A stretch of DNA of 64,000 bases from an uncultured delta proteobacterium (lineage in GTDB: Bacteria > Desulfobacterota > Desulfomonilia > UBA1062), in NCBI GenBank assembly GCA_963798485.1, contig CAWCTR010000014.1:443722-507721 (forward strand). The letters run 5' to 3'. The notes beneath the pieces are model-generated. The model did not search any database, was not told the origin of the DNA, and was given only the letters and a program-made list of their open reading frames with translations. Shown in pieces: positions 12,701 to 20,553 of the stretch (position 1 is the first letter of the stretch; each line of letters begins with the position of its first letter). The translations under genes and the position numbers were made by a program.

Positions 12701-14176
12701 CGTGTTGCCCGAGAGGAGCTTTGTAGTATCATAGGCGCCGATTGCATAATTGACGCCGCCCCCTGAAAAATCGACGTTTGACCCCTTCTTGGCAATGATG
12801 TCGCCGTTTGCCACGTTGATGGTGATAGCGCCACCCTTGGTGCTCTGGTCCTGGGCCGACACAGGCATGGTTGTGATGTTGCCGGAGGTGTCGCCTATGG
12901 AAGTCCCGGTCTGGGCATTGAAGCTGACATTCTGGCCCAGGAGAACGCCGTCCTTCTGACCAGTGTCGTCCTTGAGCTCTACACTGTTGAGCTGTGCCTG
13001 GATGAGATTTGCACCTGCAGGCTTGTCCTCGGTTACCCCTTTGGCGTCGATGGTGCTGCCGGCATCCAGCAGGACACGGTCGGTGGCATTGAGGCTGATT
13101 ATGCCGTGCGGGGATGAAATAACCCCCTGGTGCCAGATGCTCTGCAGCTGAAGCCCCGGTTCATTTCTCAGACCGTCGATCGTTATGTGCCCCAGAGGCT
13201 GGAAGGAATTGTCCGCAGTCTCCGTGGAAGTGGATATTGGGCAGATGGTTTGGCTCGATGGGCCTGTTTCCACCTCTTCCGTAGCGCGCAGCTCGATCTT
13301 GCCGTCATTCTTGAGGGCAACGATGCACTTCACAAGCCCGTCCTGGTTCACCGCCCTGCCGAAGAGCCCTGCAGATCCCCCGTCGGCTTCGATGGTCCCG
13401 GTTTGGGAATTGGTGGTTAGGCCGCTATTTTTCCCTGTGTCGTATGAATTGATTTGTATATCCCCGTTATTGTCCGCTGACAGGGTAATATCCTGCCCTG
13501 CAGCAAGAACGATATGTCCCTCGGGTGAATTGATGGCTCCATAATTCTCCACCAGGGACCCGATCAGGTATACCGAGCCGAGCGCGTCTGTCTGGATCGT
13601 GCCCTGGTTCGAAACCACGCCCGTGGCATCGGTGTCCTGACCGGTGAAGTACAGTGTCCCCGATTCAAAATCCTTAAGCGACAGCATGAGGGAAGAGGCG
13701 ATGAGCGAATGTACATTGACCTTGGAGCCCGGGCCGAAGAGGATGCCGTTCTGGTTGATAAGGTATATCTTCCCGTCTGAAGTCAGGTTGCCGTAGATCT
13801 GGGAAGGGTTGCTGTCATTGATGTAATTCAAGAGGGACCAGTAGGTCTTTCCCTGCTGGTCAAAGACGACCGAGGCCTTGGACCCGATGTCGAATGAATC
13901 CCATTGGATAACGGCATTCTGATCCGTCTGGTGGATAGTGAGCGTATTGTTGGCAGCAGCAGGGATTGCCGCATTGGTAACGGCGCCTGGACTTGTGCTG
14001 ACCACAGGCAGTTGGGTGGCGGCAGGTGTCTTCAAGGGAGCCGCCAAATTCCCGTAGAACCCCGGGATTGTCGGCCCTGCAGCATAGGTGAATGCAGGAA
14101 AGAAGACCTGGCAGACGACCTGGATGGCGGTCACAATCCGTATTACCTTTCTCAAGCGCCTGTTCACTCTCATCAT
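3761..14176 (-). CDS. Large two-partner-secretion exoprotein (TpsA, filamentous haemagglutinin family, C-terminal DUF3739-like; PdtA-like)
   Basis: 3471 aa; signal peptide; TPS domain (WDSFDIG, SQIYG, LINQNGILFG); beta-helix repeats; C-terminal GGDILIWSDKGDINAGRGSK and GIIDAGEAGI; adjacent TpsB. Confidence 0.92.
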   Translation of the reverse strand: MMRVNRRLRKVIRIVTAIQVVCQVFFPAFTYAAGPTIPGFYGNLAAPLKTPAATQLPVVSTSPGAVTNAAIPAAANNTLTIHQTDQNAVIQWDSFDIGSKASVVFDQQGKTYWSLLNYINDSNPSQIYGNLTSDGKIYLINQNGILFGPGSKVNVHSLIASSLMLSLKDFESGTLYFTGQDTDATGVVSNQGTIQTDALGSVYLIGSLVENYGAINSPEGHIVLAAGQDITLSADNNGDIQINSYDTGKNSGLTTNSQTGTIEADGGSAGLFGRAVNQDGLVKCIVALKNDGKIELRATEEVETGPSSQTICPISTSTETADNSFQPLGHITIDGLRNEPGLQLQSIWHQGVISSPHGIISLNATDRVLLDAGSTIDAKGVTEDKPAGANLIQAQLNSVELKDDTGQKDGVLLGQNVSFNAQTGTSIGDTSGNITTMPVSAQDQSTKGGAITINVANGDIIAKKGSNVDFSGGGVNYAIGAYDTTKLLSGNTVYDIGSAPESITYDKVLGNYQQVYNRFGITETYSGIYFGGGSSIKDYATGFSQGDDAGTLTLIAPHIAFEGTMKGSAVPGIFQTQASDPLNTSGNSKVLAGSNMEPSGGTLIMGSDYTLRDGAISDIQAADHKLGDVVISQDFTRLPDDFGVDSKSNPYPVERQGVSYLSPDTLNNALLKTIQINSNTVVTLERGADLTLCPGGEIDIKARSIEDFAGIRAPSGSIKFTLEENQTYLKGLTNFDTEEVNDNPDYRDIRQQIYIGGTLDVSGLSIDNSQTGSMDTGLRPTGNTTGGTISLQDKTEEGKGVLITKDARVDVSGGYAIAQNGTITGGNAGKLSIQGSALVLDGDIRGYSLAGSNGGTIELHAPDIAVTDSPLDTLDKDKYKPGTVNLWEHRLDDTGFTQVALYSLHDLKFGSDDDPVILKPSLVKMITPTPAGGNGGVDNYNAMEEASSGELKQKGLFTIDPMYLGSSSISLNAGQPLDIPLQKPTSSSSNIIDLSATIDIPEKSSIQSAPGGAITLNAPRIEIAGSLSSPAGTITAVSNESSGTFLGDPDSEVQGLHIASTAVISAAGYNMQNLKAPAKGLETTMTPVNAGVVDLEAKNSNTDHYGDLTIDKGATIDVSGSQPTPYTITKNDGTISSINIASDPGTVKLSSYGELDNKGTLMAGARLDGLKGGTLIISKTNDVDPVTGNLNVTTDDINGYVSSGFDDITLASRFSLDISRTQADDITDTAIARALTLDAPVISGTQDISLKAPMITLTNSYYPYQPSENTSTGQETAPAAPAGSLALSGDFIDVTGSVKLEGFKDVGLTATHDIRLSDTRYSTPLNHDSTQQPTVIDGSLQIPGDLTLTADRIYPTTRSAFSIDALGYTDDKGDILYGTVTTKPGQGITEGPILSAGGSLTIDARNIDHGGAIYAPMGAITLGNPDTNNTDKIYLDTGSTLSTKGQGLVLYGTLDANATSWTVPDKIDPSNTQLAQTATVPDKAISISAADEVIVKQGATIDTSGGGSIFSYVFQPGIMGSTDPLQQSAQYIIVPGLTLPGNAVKLNGAAGLPSGTYTLVSSKDHEEYAFLPGAYVISDLGVITTPGSFTSSTEGYPLTQGYQTIQGTSVLSPLAHTYSIRPASDVLKQGGYGTVNQGGYQAMELVGGDAGSISISGPTTVISGSIASQALAGTGYKSGSLTLASEDNEVVKSPVLLPEDFTYDSTVSSAAPDYDGKCTVSAEGLNSSGIGEITVGDITKTKTVDLQNGAVLTANKVSLNAADSITLASGSGIEATGTGGAASLNTYNGNITISQGASVHATDTINIQAGSLDLQGTCKVDNGALNLTSQRIFVTPDGFQSAQTGGLYLSDKLTGFQGVSSLSLKGTQDVVFEGAVDLETGTELDIDAPRIVHDHAAGDSSLVKMGSKTITLKNTSIADPDNPDPNSDAGNTDTALLTVSADQMSIGHGDMIMNGFGSVGIQCANDLTTMGKGSLSVDSLNNQAPDAVMNITAGRITTSFYRDPPTDTTDQGPYEAPQFSIDAGARPLAINGQKDYTLAANRALTPGGTLEITARSIDDAGIIEAPSATVKLTATGSDAADGITLENGSQILAQGTVQAAVNGTQVYTPGGAVALASGGGGFTGQAGSLIDVSAYKDGQGVYHGDAGSVVISTPNGNAALATTLNGIAGDAGLAGTFGLDANSINGGGGDVDLGALSKGLKGFTESISIRDRTENLKVNAGDTLSAKSVELTADTGILTIAGNIDAAGAQGGSVEINAGKIDLAPTGAIYANAQGTGTGRAGGEVRLATTGNSSNQDLQNDLTMEKGSLIDVSGSPQLTDNNGNVTTAAGTGGQVYLRADRTGIDTSNPGGTDVSMDLAGTVKGASRVVAEAVKVYKDTDNDYVTDPDTGAVNVVINANDIGYSGKYYQDTNKFMNSAAASGVKERLVSSLDLSGSDPDSFHLVPGIEIQSQGDITLSSTWDLSQSNKTKIGNKTVTWNWRFGGEPGMLTLRAGGNLNINQNITDHPTVFTSLTADTKMDSWGITLAAGADLASADTMAVISAPDTGDLNIGSKLVYTENAPLRFASGRDTIMQAYAGTTASYMINGSMKYNLATFDGDIKGEVGRDLLLTGSTQIQKGGAIQSAAGAIDLTVNGDVVMGTDGAIRTTGYMEPSPHYAYSSYWRFGNGGGINLKVGGDVKGGINPNAWDTGLSAYEVDDQGNIIVDADGNMTTPTWVASYADTNGLLQSTRGIATMGGGDLSIRTGGDFFAQAGTFGLNGESDLKIVSDNDINGRFLVKDGVCELNAMGNIGTDQQKMASTNNQNMAVEAFDTDVRLTAQGDIMLGSIVNPNLADPRLPTSGGLNDVFSYTEDAKVRITSIQGDVTITGKAGPYYNGDSTSTTNAQEMLPPTLEVEAGRDIDILQDLYLAPSLTGNLSMAAGRDISGAYTVGSGTGLTYCEAKIEMSDFDPQQVYGTAMPISLSIETSIDEGTGKPRYTTISTENTKAQVIAGDISRSASRDLIHEADHTSITIDAGNDIHDLRLYLPKMAQIEAGNDIRDTYIQGQNLHKNDVSVISAGHDIVMSTVDASGYGTGFLYGGPGTLIVQAGNSIDLGATQGIVSEGNYFELYSSQLGNQGCNLIVASGLDPATHPLDPAGVDQFFSQIKQAGIDYSTKLKDDPKGALDIVAETDKNIIEPFIGTVDTGSTATQGTDTTLAKGDIRMISSQITAKGTNSNISILSTGTMDVGRSDLTSDESTGIKTWKGGNIDIFSSKDVDVLQSRVMTLYGGDILIWSDKGDINAGRGSKTAVGRGGSDWTWDEDSGQLTQEYLPAATGSGIRTVTYSINDQTPSPEPGDAYIFAPAGIIDAGEAGIAAENLYIGAQQVRNTQNIQVSGVSVGVPLTNTNAGSLTALSGTSSLNESSQLSEEMSGISSSAAKSSAAAEESYVPKWVKVMVIGFGDDEQGQDNSGQGNDDQAKKKAKNQDKDK

Positions 14177-14189
14177 GGCTCATTCCCTC

Positions 14190-15917
14190 CTAGAACTGCC
14201 CTTTGACCAGGAAATGCAGTATCCGGTTGTTCTTGTCTGTCTGGTCCGTCTTCCTCAAGGCAAAGGCATAATCGGTCTCAAACTGGAAATATCTGGTCAG
14301 GCTCCCCCGCAGGCCTAGGCCGGTCCCGTAGATGCCCGCGCTTCTGTCCTGCTGGGGCAGCGGATCGATGGTGGTGAGCAGGGCAGCATCGCAAAAGAGG
14401 TACGGCGTCAGGTATGTAGTGCCCTGATCCGATCCTGAGGAAATATATGAAGTCAGCTTCGAGTATCCGGGTATCTTCAGCATCTTCATCAGATCCGGGG
14501 CTCGCAGCTCTATGGTGCCGTGCAGGGCGTTGTCGCCTGCCTCCTCACTTTCCTTGTATCCCCGGACACTCTCCATGCCGCCTGCCGTATACTGCTCATT
14601 GCTGATGAGCGGCTGGCCGCTCATCTGGCCGTCGACCTTGAGGAACAGGCTCGCATCTTTCGGCAGAGCCAGGTCGCGTTCCACGCCGAGCTTCGTGATG
14701 AAGTAATCGGCCCGCGCCATGTAGCGCTTGTCTTCGAACTGGCCCTCGCGGGTGCTGAACCCCCTGAAGCAGGTGCTCATGCCGGCCTGGAACCTGGTTG
14801 CCCCTAATGAATCGGGCAGGTTCGAATTGTACTGGACGTTAAACGGCAGATAAGTGACCGGCGTCTTGATACCGCTCGGAGAGTCCTTCGTGCCCTGGGT
14901 CTCTCTCATGTGCTTGTAGTCAACGCCAAATGATATGCTGTGCGAGTAGATCTTGTAGAAAGGGAGCGGCACTGCATACTGGAGCCCGTAGATGTCGCCT
15001 TTGCCGTTCACCTGGAAGCCTTCTCCGAATGCGGTCTGGCTGTCGGAGATCACCCCGTATACAGCCAGTATGTTGTCTTCGTTCCAGGGTGCCGGCAGCA
15101 CATAGGAGGCGGCAAAGGCCTTCACCTCGTCTGTTTCCTGTGGTGACATCTGGTACTGGAGGCTGATGCTGTGGCTGCTCTGCCAGAGATTGTCATAGTG
15201 AATGACGCCGTTCAATCTCAGGTCGCTCGTGTCGTGCGTGGAACGGTTGTTCAGCTCGATGCTGCCGTGCAGGGGAAAATAGTCCGTGGCACGCAACTCG
15301 ACGTCCGTTGTCCCGAGCTCCTTGCCGGGCATGAGGATGGGTTCTATCTTGAGGTCGGAGGCGCTGTTCGCCTTGTTCATTTCCTTCTGGACTTCAGGCA
15401 CATAAAGGAGCTCGCCCCTCCTGAACGCCGGGAGCATTTCCAGGATCTTTTCCTTGGTATGGTAACGGTTCCCGGTAACCCTGACATCTCCGATCTTGCT
15501 CTCGATGACCTCCAATGTCACTACACCCTCCTGCACATCCTGTGGGGGTATGTTCACAAGGACCGTGGGATACCCATCGTTGTGGTAGAGTTTTTCAAGG
15601 TATTTCCTCGCCTCCTCGACATCTTTAGAGGTCTTGTTCTGTCCTGTGTAGAAGTTGAGGCCTTCGATAATCCTGTCATAGTCCAGCAGCGTGTTGCCCT
15701 TTACGATATAACCCTTGATCTCAAAGGCCGTCTCTTCCTCCTGTGCCGTATACCCGTCCCGGAACATGACAAGCAGAGTGAATACCACCACCACCAGGAT
15801 CCACATGGTCTCCATGAACAACCCTGATTCTTCATCCTGTCTCTTATTGCCGTTACCAGCTGGATCCATGTCGGCATAACCATACCTCTGATGCTTCTGA
15901 GATTTTATCTCCTTCAT
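14190..15917 (-). CDS. TpsB (ShlB/FhaC/HecB) outer-membrane transporter
   Basis: POTRA region (FEIKGYIVKGNTLL, IPPQDVQEGVVTLEV), SVRGY motif, C-terminal Phe; start could be a later ATG. Confidence 0.92.
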   Translation of the reverse strand: MKEIKSQKHQRYGYADMDPAGNGNKRQDEESGLFMETMWILVVVVFTLLVMFRDGYTAQEEETAFEIKGYIVKGNTLLDYDRIIEGLNFYTGQNKTSKDVEEARKYLEKLYHNDGYPTVLVNIPPQDVQEGVVTLEVIESKIGDVRVTGNRYHTKEKILEMLPAFRRGELLYVPEVQKEMNKANSASDLKIEPILMPGKELGTTDVELRATDYFPLHGSIELNNRSTHDTSDLRLNGVIHYDNLWQSSHSISLQYQMSPQETDEVKAFAASYVLPAPWNEDNILAVYGVISDSQTAFGEGFQVNGKGDIYGLQYAVPLPFYKIYSHSISFGVDYKHMRETQGTKDSPSGIKTPVTYLPFNVQYNSNLPDSLGATRFQAGMSTCFRGFSTREGQFEDKRYMARADYFITKLGVERDLALPKDASLFLKVDGQMSGQPLISNEQYTAGGMESVRGYKESEEAGDNALHGTIELRAPDLMKMLKIPGYSKLTSYISSGSDQGTTYLTPYLFCDAALLTTIDPLPQQDRSAGIYGTGLGLRGSLTRYFQFETDYAFALRKTDQTDKNNRILHFLVKGQF

Positions 15918-15973
15918 CTATTTCCCGGCTTCCCCTCTTTTCTGTGTGAGCGTCTCTTGTGCATCGATTCCGT

Positions 15974-17185
15974 TCACTGCCCCGACGTGCAACCCTGCTG
16001 TTCCTGGGGCAATGTCAAAGAGGCTTTCGAGGTTTCTCTCTTTCCTGTCATGCCGTGTGCGATGCAGTGTATCTCGCTGGCGAGTTTTGCGGCGTTGCTG
16101 AACCCGCTGAGCTTTTTCACTACCGTCCCGTCAGGACTTATGAGCACCGTCAAAGGAAACCCCTCCTGCTGGTACATTGTCTTGTATTCTTTGTTCAGGT
16201 CCGAATCGATCTTCACCCACACGAAGTTTTCGGCAATGGCCTTGATCCTCGGGTCTACCAGGGTTTCATCAAAGTATTTTTTGCTCCACTGGCACCATGA
16301 TGCATAGAGCACGAGCAGGACAGATTTGTGCTCTTCTTTGCCCCGGGAAAGGCCGGCCTTGTAGTCATCGCCCCAGGCTATCTTCATGGCTTCCATGGCT
16401 GCCTTGGGTACAAAGGAAACAGCTTCAACCGTAAGGTTGATGTTCTTCCCGGCCAGGGGATTGTTCAGGTCCACAGTGAATTTCTTGCCGTCACTCGAGG
16501 TGATGACCCCCTTTTTCCCATCTGCATCGAAATCGGCGCCGATCTGCGGGGTGAGTGTGACATAGATCATATCGCCTTTCACCCTGACGACAGTCTTCCC
16601 GAAGGGGCTTTGCGCTGTAAAGCCGTCTTTTGGCTGGTTCACGAGCACTGCCTCCTTCTCGGTCACCTTCTTCACCTTTGCCGGAAAGTACGGGTTTGCA
16701 TTTACCTTGGCCCCTGCAACCGGGAGCTTGTTGAACCGGAATACATATTCACCCGGTTTCATGGTGAAGGCCTTCTTCATGGTCTTTATGCAGTCGAACT
16801 GTTTGAAAAGATTCTTGTCTATTGACCCGTACGCATTCTGTGCCGGCACTGTTACGGTCCGTCTTTCACCGACGCGCATCCCTGGGAGTATATCCTTGAG
16901 TCCGGGTACCGGGCCGTCTTCCCCGGCTATCATATCGGAAGGTATGGCACAGTCGGGCTCATCGTATCCCCTAGCCCTGACCGTATCTGCCCCTGAGGCG
17001 GTAAGAGGTTCTGTCGTGTAGATTGTCTCACCGCTCTCGGTCCTTGCGGTTATATTGATAGTGACGAGGTCACCCTTTTGTATCTCAGTGCCCGTTGCCG
17101 ATGCAGGCAGCCATCCGATGATGGACGGCAAAACCCAGATCATGGTTGTTGTTATTATGATAGGAAAAAGGCGTCCTGTTTTCAT
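15974..17185 (-). CDS. Exported SlyD-like FKBP peptidyl-prolyl isomerase fused to a thioredoxin-like domain
   Basis: GMRVGERRTVTVPAQNAYG and VDLNNPLAGKNINL (FKBP); C-terminal LYASWCQWS (CxxS) and GFPLTVLISPDG (Trx fold). Confidence 0.85.
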   Translation of the reverse strand: MKTGRLFPIIITTTMIWVLPSIIGWLPASATGTEIQKGDLVTINITARTESGETIYTTEPLTASGADTVRARGYDEPDCAIPSDMIAGEDGPVPGLKDILPGMRVGERRTVTVPAQNAYGSIDKNLFKQFDCIKTMKKAFTMKPGEYVFRFNKLPVAGAKVNANPYFPAKVKKVTEKEAVLVNQPKDGFTAQSPFGKTVVRVKGDMIYVTLTPQIGADFDADGKKGVITSSDGKKFTVDLNNPLAGKNINLTVEAVSFVPKAAMEAMKIAWGDDYKAGLSRGKEEHKSVLLVLYASWCQWSKKYFDETLVDPRIKAIAENFVWVKIDSDLNKEYKTMYQQEGFPLTVLISPDGTVVKKLSGFSNAAKLASEIHCIAHGMTGKRETSKASLTLPQEQQGCTSGQ

Positions 17186-18045
17186 GGTTGCTTGTCCTTC
17201 TGGGTTTTATCGCCGGCACCTGTGCCCCGGGGCAGTATGGAGTCGATTTGCACATCGCACATGAGCTCTTCACCGCCGAAGGGATTCCCGTAGTCGATAG
17301 TGAATGTCTTTTCTGTCACTTTTATGATCCGGCCCACCTGGGACGCGGATCGTACAAGGTGACCCTCCTGTGCATTGGTCACGATGTCATAATGGTCGGG
17401 GTAATCTCTGATCACCCCCCTGCCGAACGGCTGGTCAACGATACGGCCGTCTTCCACATCGATATGGATGAGAGCCTCCTTGTCCTTTATATCTTTTACG
17501 GTACCCACAAAACCCTGATAGGAAAATGCCTGATCGCCTATGGCTGGGACATATCCGATCTTTTCTTTCAGGGCCTTCAGGGCCACCTTCTGTTCCTTTT
17601 CCCTTCGTACCACCCGGCCGAGGGTTGTATAGCGGTCCCCCTCCTTCAGATCGGAGGGGACATCGGACCTGAGTACGATGGTGTTGTTTTCACCCACCTT
17701 CATGCCCACAATCGCCCGGGCCACTTGGGCCGCAACTTCCCACTCGAACATCTTGAGTTTGCCGAACCTCGGGTAGTTGTCCGGACCGCCCGCCACCAGA
17801 TCTTCAGGGCCATATTTCTTGAAGGGAAGGAAGATGGCCGCTTGAGAAGCCTTGTCCCCGGCGATCTCTTCACGGGTGGTGAGCACAACTTCGCCGTTCA
17901 TCAGGCGGCAGGTGTAGTTCACCATGGCAGTGTCTCCCTGCTTTACCCGGACAGGGCCGAATGATGAACAACCGCTGAGTGTCGATGCAATGATGATGGT
18001 TATCAGTGCGAAAGAAATAACATGTTCCTGTTTGTGCATCATCAA
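17182..18045 (-). CDS. SlyD-like FKBP peptidyl-prolyl isomerase, lipoprotein
   Basis: Lipobox LSGC; VKQGDTAMVNYTCRL, GMKVGE, IDYGNPFGGEEL. Confidence 0.82.
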   Translation of the reverse strand: MMMHKQEHVISFALITIIIASTLSGCSSFGPVRVKQGDTAMVNYTCRLMNGEVVLTTREEIAGDKASQAAIFLPFKKYGPEDLVAGGPDNYPRFGKLKMFEWEVAAQVARAIVGMKVGENNTIVLRSDVPSDLKEGDRYTTLGRVVRREKEQKVALKALKEKIGYVPAIGDQAFSYQGFVGTVKDIKDKEALIHIDVEDGRIVDQPFGRGVIRDYPDHYDIVTNAQEGHLVRSASQVGRIIKVTEKTFTIDYGNPFGGEELMCDVQIDSILPRGTGAGDKTQKDKQP

Positions 18046-18086
18046 ACTTTCTTCCTTTTTTCATTCCGTATAATTTGTGCACTTTA

Positions 18087-18115
18087 GGGGAAGGGCCCGC
18101 GAGGAGCCCTCCCCC
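18087..18115 (-). terminator. GC-rich hairpin after the PstS-like gene (partial terminator or mRNA stabiliser)
   Basis: GGGGGAGGGC-loop-GCCCUUCCCC on the minus strand; no long U tract. Confidence 0.45.
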
Positions 18116-18146
18116 ACTGTATGTAACCTTGTTCTTTAAGCGGCGA

Positions 18147-19376
18147 CTACTGGCGGACCGGGTATGTTAAATCGGTGGTCTTCGTCACGCTCATCTCGCT
18201 GCTGGTTGCCCACCAGGTGTTCTCGGAGGCAGGCAGGTTGGCTGGATTGGCTGCGAAGTTGACCAGGTCATTGACCAGACCGTTCATTGTTGTACCCAGG
18301 TTGTTCGGCCAGTACAGCTCCTGTGCTGACCAGAAGTCATACTGTCCCTCTTTGATATGGGTCCTGTCGCCGGTGACACCCATATAGGGCAGCCGCGTGG
18401 CGCCGGTAAGGACCTGATCGGAGTCGGCATAACCAATAGCGCCTGACACTGTGGAGACGCAGGTCATCATCTGGCCGGTGCCGTCATTGAAATATGTCAC
18501 AGGGGACAATCCGGCAAGATAGAGCGGGTCGGTGGGAAGGACCTCGGTGGTCACCAGGGAGTAATCGCCCCTCATGACGGCCGCATCAAGTGTGGCAACC
18601 GTGCCCGAGCCTGCATGCCTCATGCACACGACGATCGGCGTCGATGCCGTAGTGGTGTCCAGCTGGTTCCAGTTGGTAACCTGTCCGGAGAAAATCTGAG
18701 TGGCCATGAGCCTGCTCATGTTGGTAATGTTGGCCAATTTGGTGTCGCTGCTGTTCTTGAAGAAGGAAAAGGGAACGACCAGGGGTGATGCGTTGTAGTA
18801 CGTTGCCGGCATGCTCAGGCCCGAGACGATACGATCGACCTGGGAACCGCCTGCAGGGCCGTTGGCCAGCCCGTGGCTCTCCTGGTTGAATGTCTCTGCC
18901 TTCACATCGGAAGCAGCTACGTTGATGGGCACGCACAGGTTGGCGGTTACGGTGTGCGCAGACCAGCTGGCGGTTGCCTGATTTGCCATCTGGCGCTGGG
19001 CGTTGTTTGTACAACCTGCAGTTGCGAAATCGTTCAGACCCTGAACGGCATCGACGCCGTCATAGGATGCCTTGGAAGAATAACGCAAAACGAGCGTGTC
19101 ATGGGTGCCGCTGATGCCGCTGCCCGATACACCGCCGAAGGCCGTGTTGCCGGCGCATACCGCGATGCCGTGCTTGTTGTCGGAAGAATGGGCCGTGTAG
19201 ATATCGCCCGATGCGCAGCCCTTGGAGGCGAGGAACGCGGCGTCGGATGCGGTCCAGAAATTGTATTCTGCCGAGGCGCCGTACATGTTGATTTCGTAGC
19301 TTGCAGCATTTGCCATGCCGCCGATCGCCAGCATTGACACACCAAGGATCGCTGATTTCATATATTTATTAAACAT
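18147..19376 (-). CDS. Exported PstS/DING-like substrate-binding protein
   Basis: Start ATG 19376 (AGGAGA RBS); signal peptide ANA-A; N-terminal YGAS, IFSGQVTNWNQL, CMRHAGSGT, GAIGY and GQYDFW, typical of the phosphate-binding PBP fold; six Cys. Confidence 0.75.
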   Translation of the reverse strand: MFNKYMKSAILGVSMLAIGGMANAASYEINMYGASAEYNFWTASDAAFLASKGCASGDIYTAHSSDNKHGIAVCAGNTAFGGVSGSGISGTHDTLVLRYSSKASYDGVDAVQGLNDFATAGCTNNAQRQMANQATASWSAHTVTANLCVPINVAASDVKAETFNQESHGLANGPAGGSQVDRIVSGLSMPATYYNASPLVVPFSFFKNSSDTKLANITNMSRLMATQIFSGQVTNWNQLDTTTASTPIVVCMRHAGSGTVATLDAAVMRGDYSLVTTEVLPTDPLYLAGLSPVTYFNDGTGQMMTCVSTVSGAIGYADSDQVLTGATRLPYMGVTGDRTHIKEGQYDFWSAQELYWPNNLGTTMNGLVNDLVNFAANPANLPASENTWWATSSEMSVTKTTDLTYPVRQ

Positions 19377-19424
19377 AGTGTATTCTCCTTTTTTTAGTAT
19401 ATTCATTCGGTTCAGTATGATTGG

Positions 19425-20198
19425 TTACGCGGCCGTCTCTGCGCCCTTCTTTTTCAGACCCACAAGACCAAGCAGCCCGGACCCGAAGAGCAGTATGCTC
19501 GCCGGGATCGGTGTGGCGGCAGTCGATTCGGCGACCGTGCTGCCGTTTGCATTGAGGGTGAGTATACCGCTGTAGGGGGTGCCGTTTGCGCCGGGAGCTG
19601 CGGAGACCAGGTTGAAGTGGTAGAGGTACATAGTTACGGAACCACCATTATCGAGAGCAGCAAGGCTGGCTTCGCCGAGTGCACTGGCTGCCGTATTAAG
19701 TCCTCCATAGTAGCCTGGGGCGGTTCCATTCGAATCCATCTTCTTTACATATGAATTCACATTGCTTGGACTGGCATCCACGATCTGATTTGTGGTGCCG
19801 CCAAGTTGGGTGGCGTAGTATGTGTTGACAGTAGAGCCGTAGGCAGTACTAAAGTTAGTCCTTGCGTTAGGATTGATTACCGGGGTTGTAGTCGCCGTGG
19901 TTGCGAAGTACTCCTGGTAGGTTGAACCGCTGTAGGCAAAGAACCCGACTTTCAGATTCGACCAGCTGGATGCCTGGAGTGCGCTGAGGTTGATGCTGTC
20001 CGCACCGGCAAGGGTCAACGAGCTTGCGATGGTGTCAAGGTTCAGGGTGGCGAGATTGCCGAGATCGATGGCGCGTTCAGCCGTTGTTCCGTTGTACACG
20101 ACCTCAATGAGATCGTTGTTCGAAAAATAGGCAAAAGCCTGTGAAGAAAGTGCTGTCATGAGCACAACTGCTAGTATGGTTATGAAACTGGATTTCAT
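19425..20198 (-). CDS. PEP-CTERM-type (VPLPA/TPIPA) surface protein
   Basis: Signal peptide AFA-Y; Ser/Thr/Asn-rich body; C-terminal TPIPASILLFGSGLLGLVGLKKK. Confidence 0.88.
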   Translation of the reverse strand: MKSSFITILAVVLMTALSSQAFAYFSNNDLIEVVYNGTTAERAIDLGNLATLNLDTIASSLTLAGADSINLSALQASSWSNLKVGFFAYSGSTYQEYFATTATTTPVINPNARTNFSTAYGSTVNTYYATQLGGTTNQIVDASPSNVNSYVKKMDSNGTAPGYYGGLNTAASALGEASLAALDNGGSVTMYLYHFNLVSAAPGANGTPYSGILTLNANGSTVAESTAATPIPASILLFGSGLLGLVGLKKKGAETAA

Positions 20199-20370
20199 GT
20201 TTTTTACCTCCTCTGTTTTTTAGTGATGCCTGGTGTTTCTTTAAGTATGTTGCCGCCGAGGGATTCTTTATTTTATTTTGACTTGCCTCTCCTTGCCCTG
20301 ATCACCCCCTTTCTTTCGGCTTCCGGCCGTACGCACTGTGTGTGCGGACAGAGTTAGGCCGTTCGTTTAA

Positions 20371-20515
20371 GAGGGCTTCCTGTTCCTTACTGTACGTATA
20401 TTAAGGAATGATGGCGCTCGGTAAATTCAGAGCCGAAGAACTTCGATTCATTCCCCTTAGCTCATTCCTCATTGTGATTCTAAAAACTGATCAACGTAAG
20501 TCAGCAAAGTACCCT
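20371..20515 (-). ncRNA. Candidate structured 5' leader motif, copy 1
   Basis: AGGGUACUUUGCUG (20515-20502) and CAGGAAGCCCUC (20382-20371) can pair with each other; both blocks recur identically at 40349-40419. Confidence 0.55.
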
Positions 20516-20553
20516 GTATGTATTTAATTGTGAGACGGGTTGTACCACGGGTA

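Noticed and set aside
3761-14176. TpsA as a CDI toxin (CdiA)
   Set aside because: No VENN-type pre-toxin motif, no toxin tip and no immunity gene; the C-terminus is DUF3739-like and is followed by exbB.
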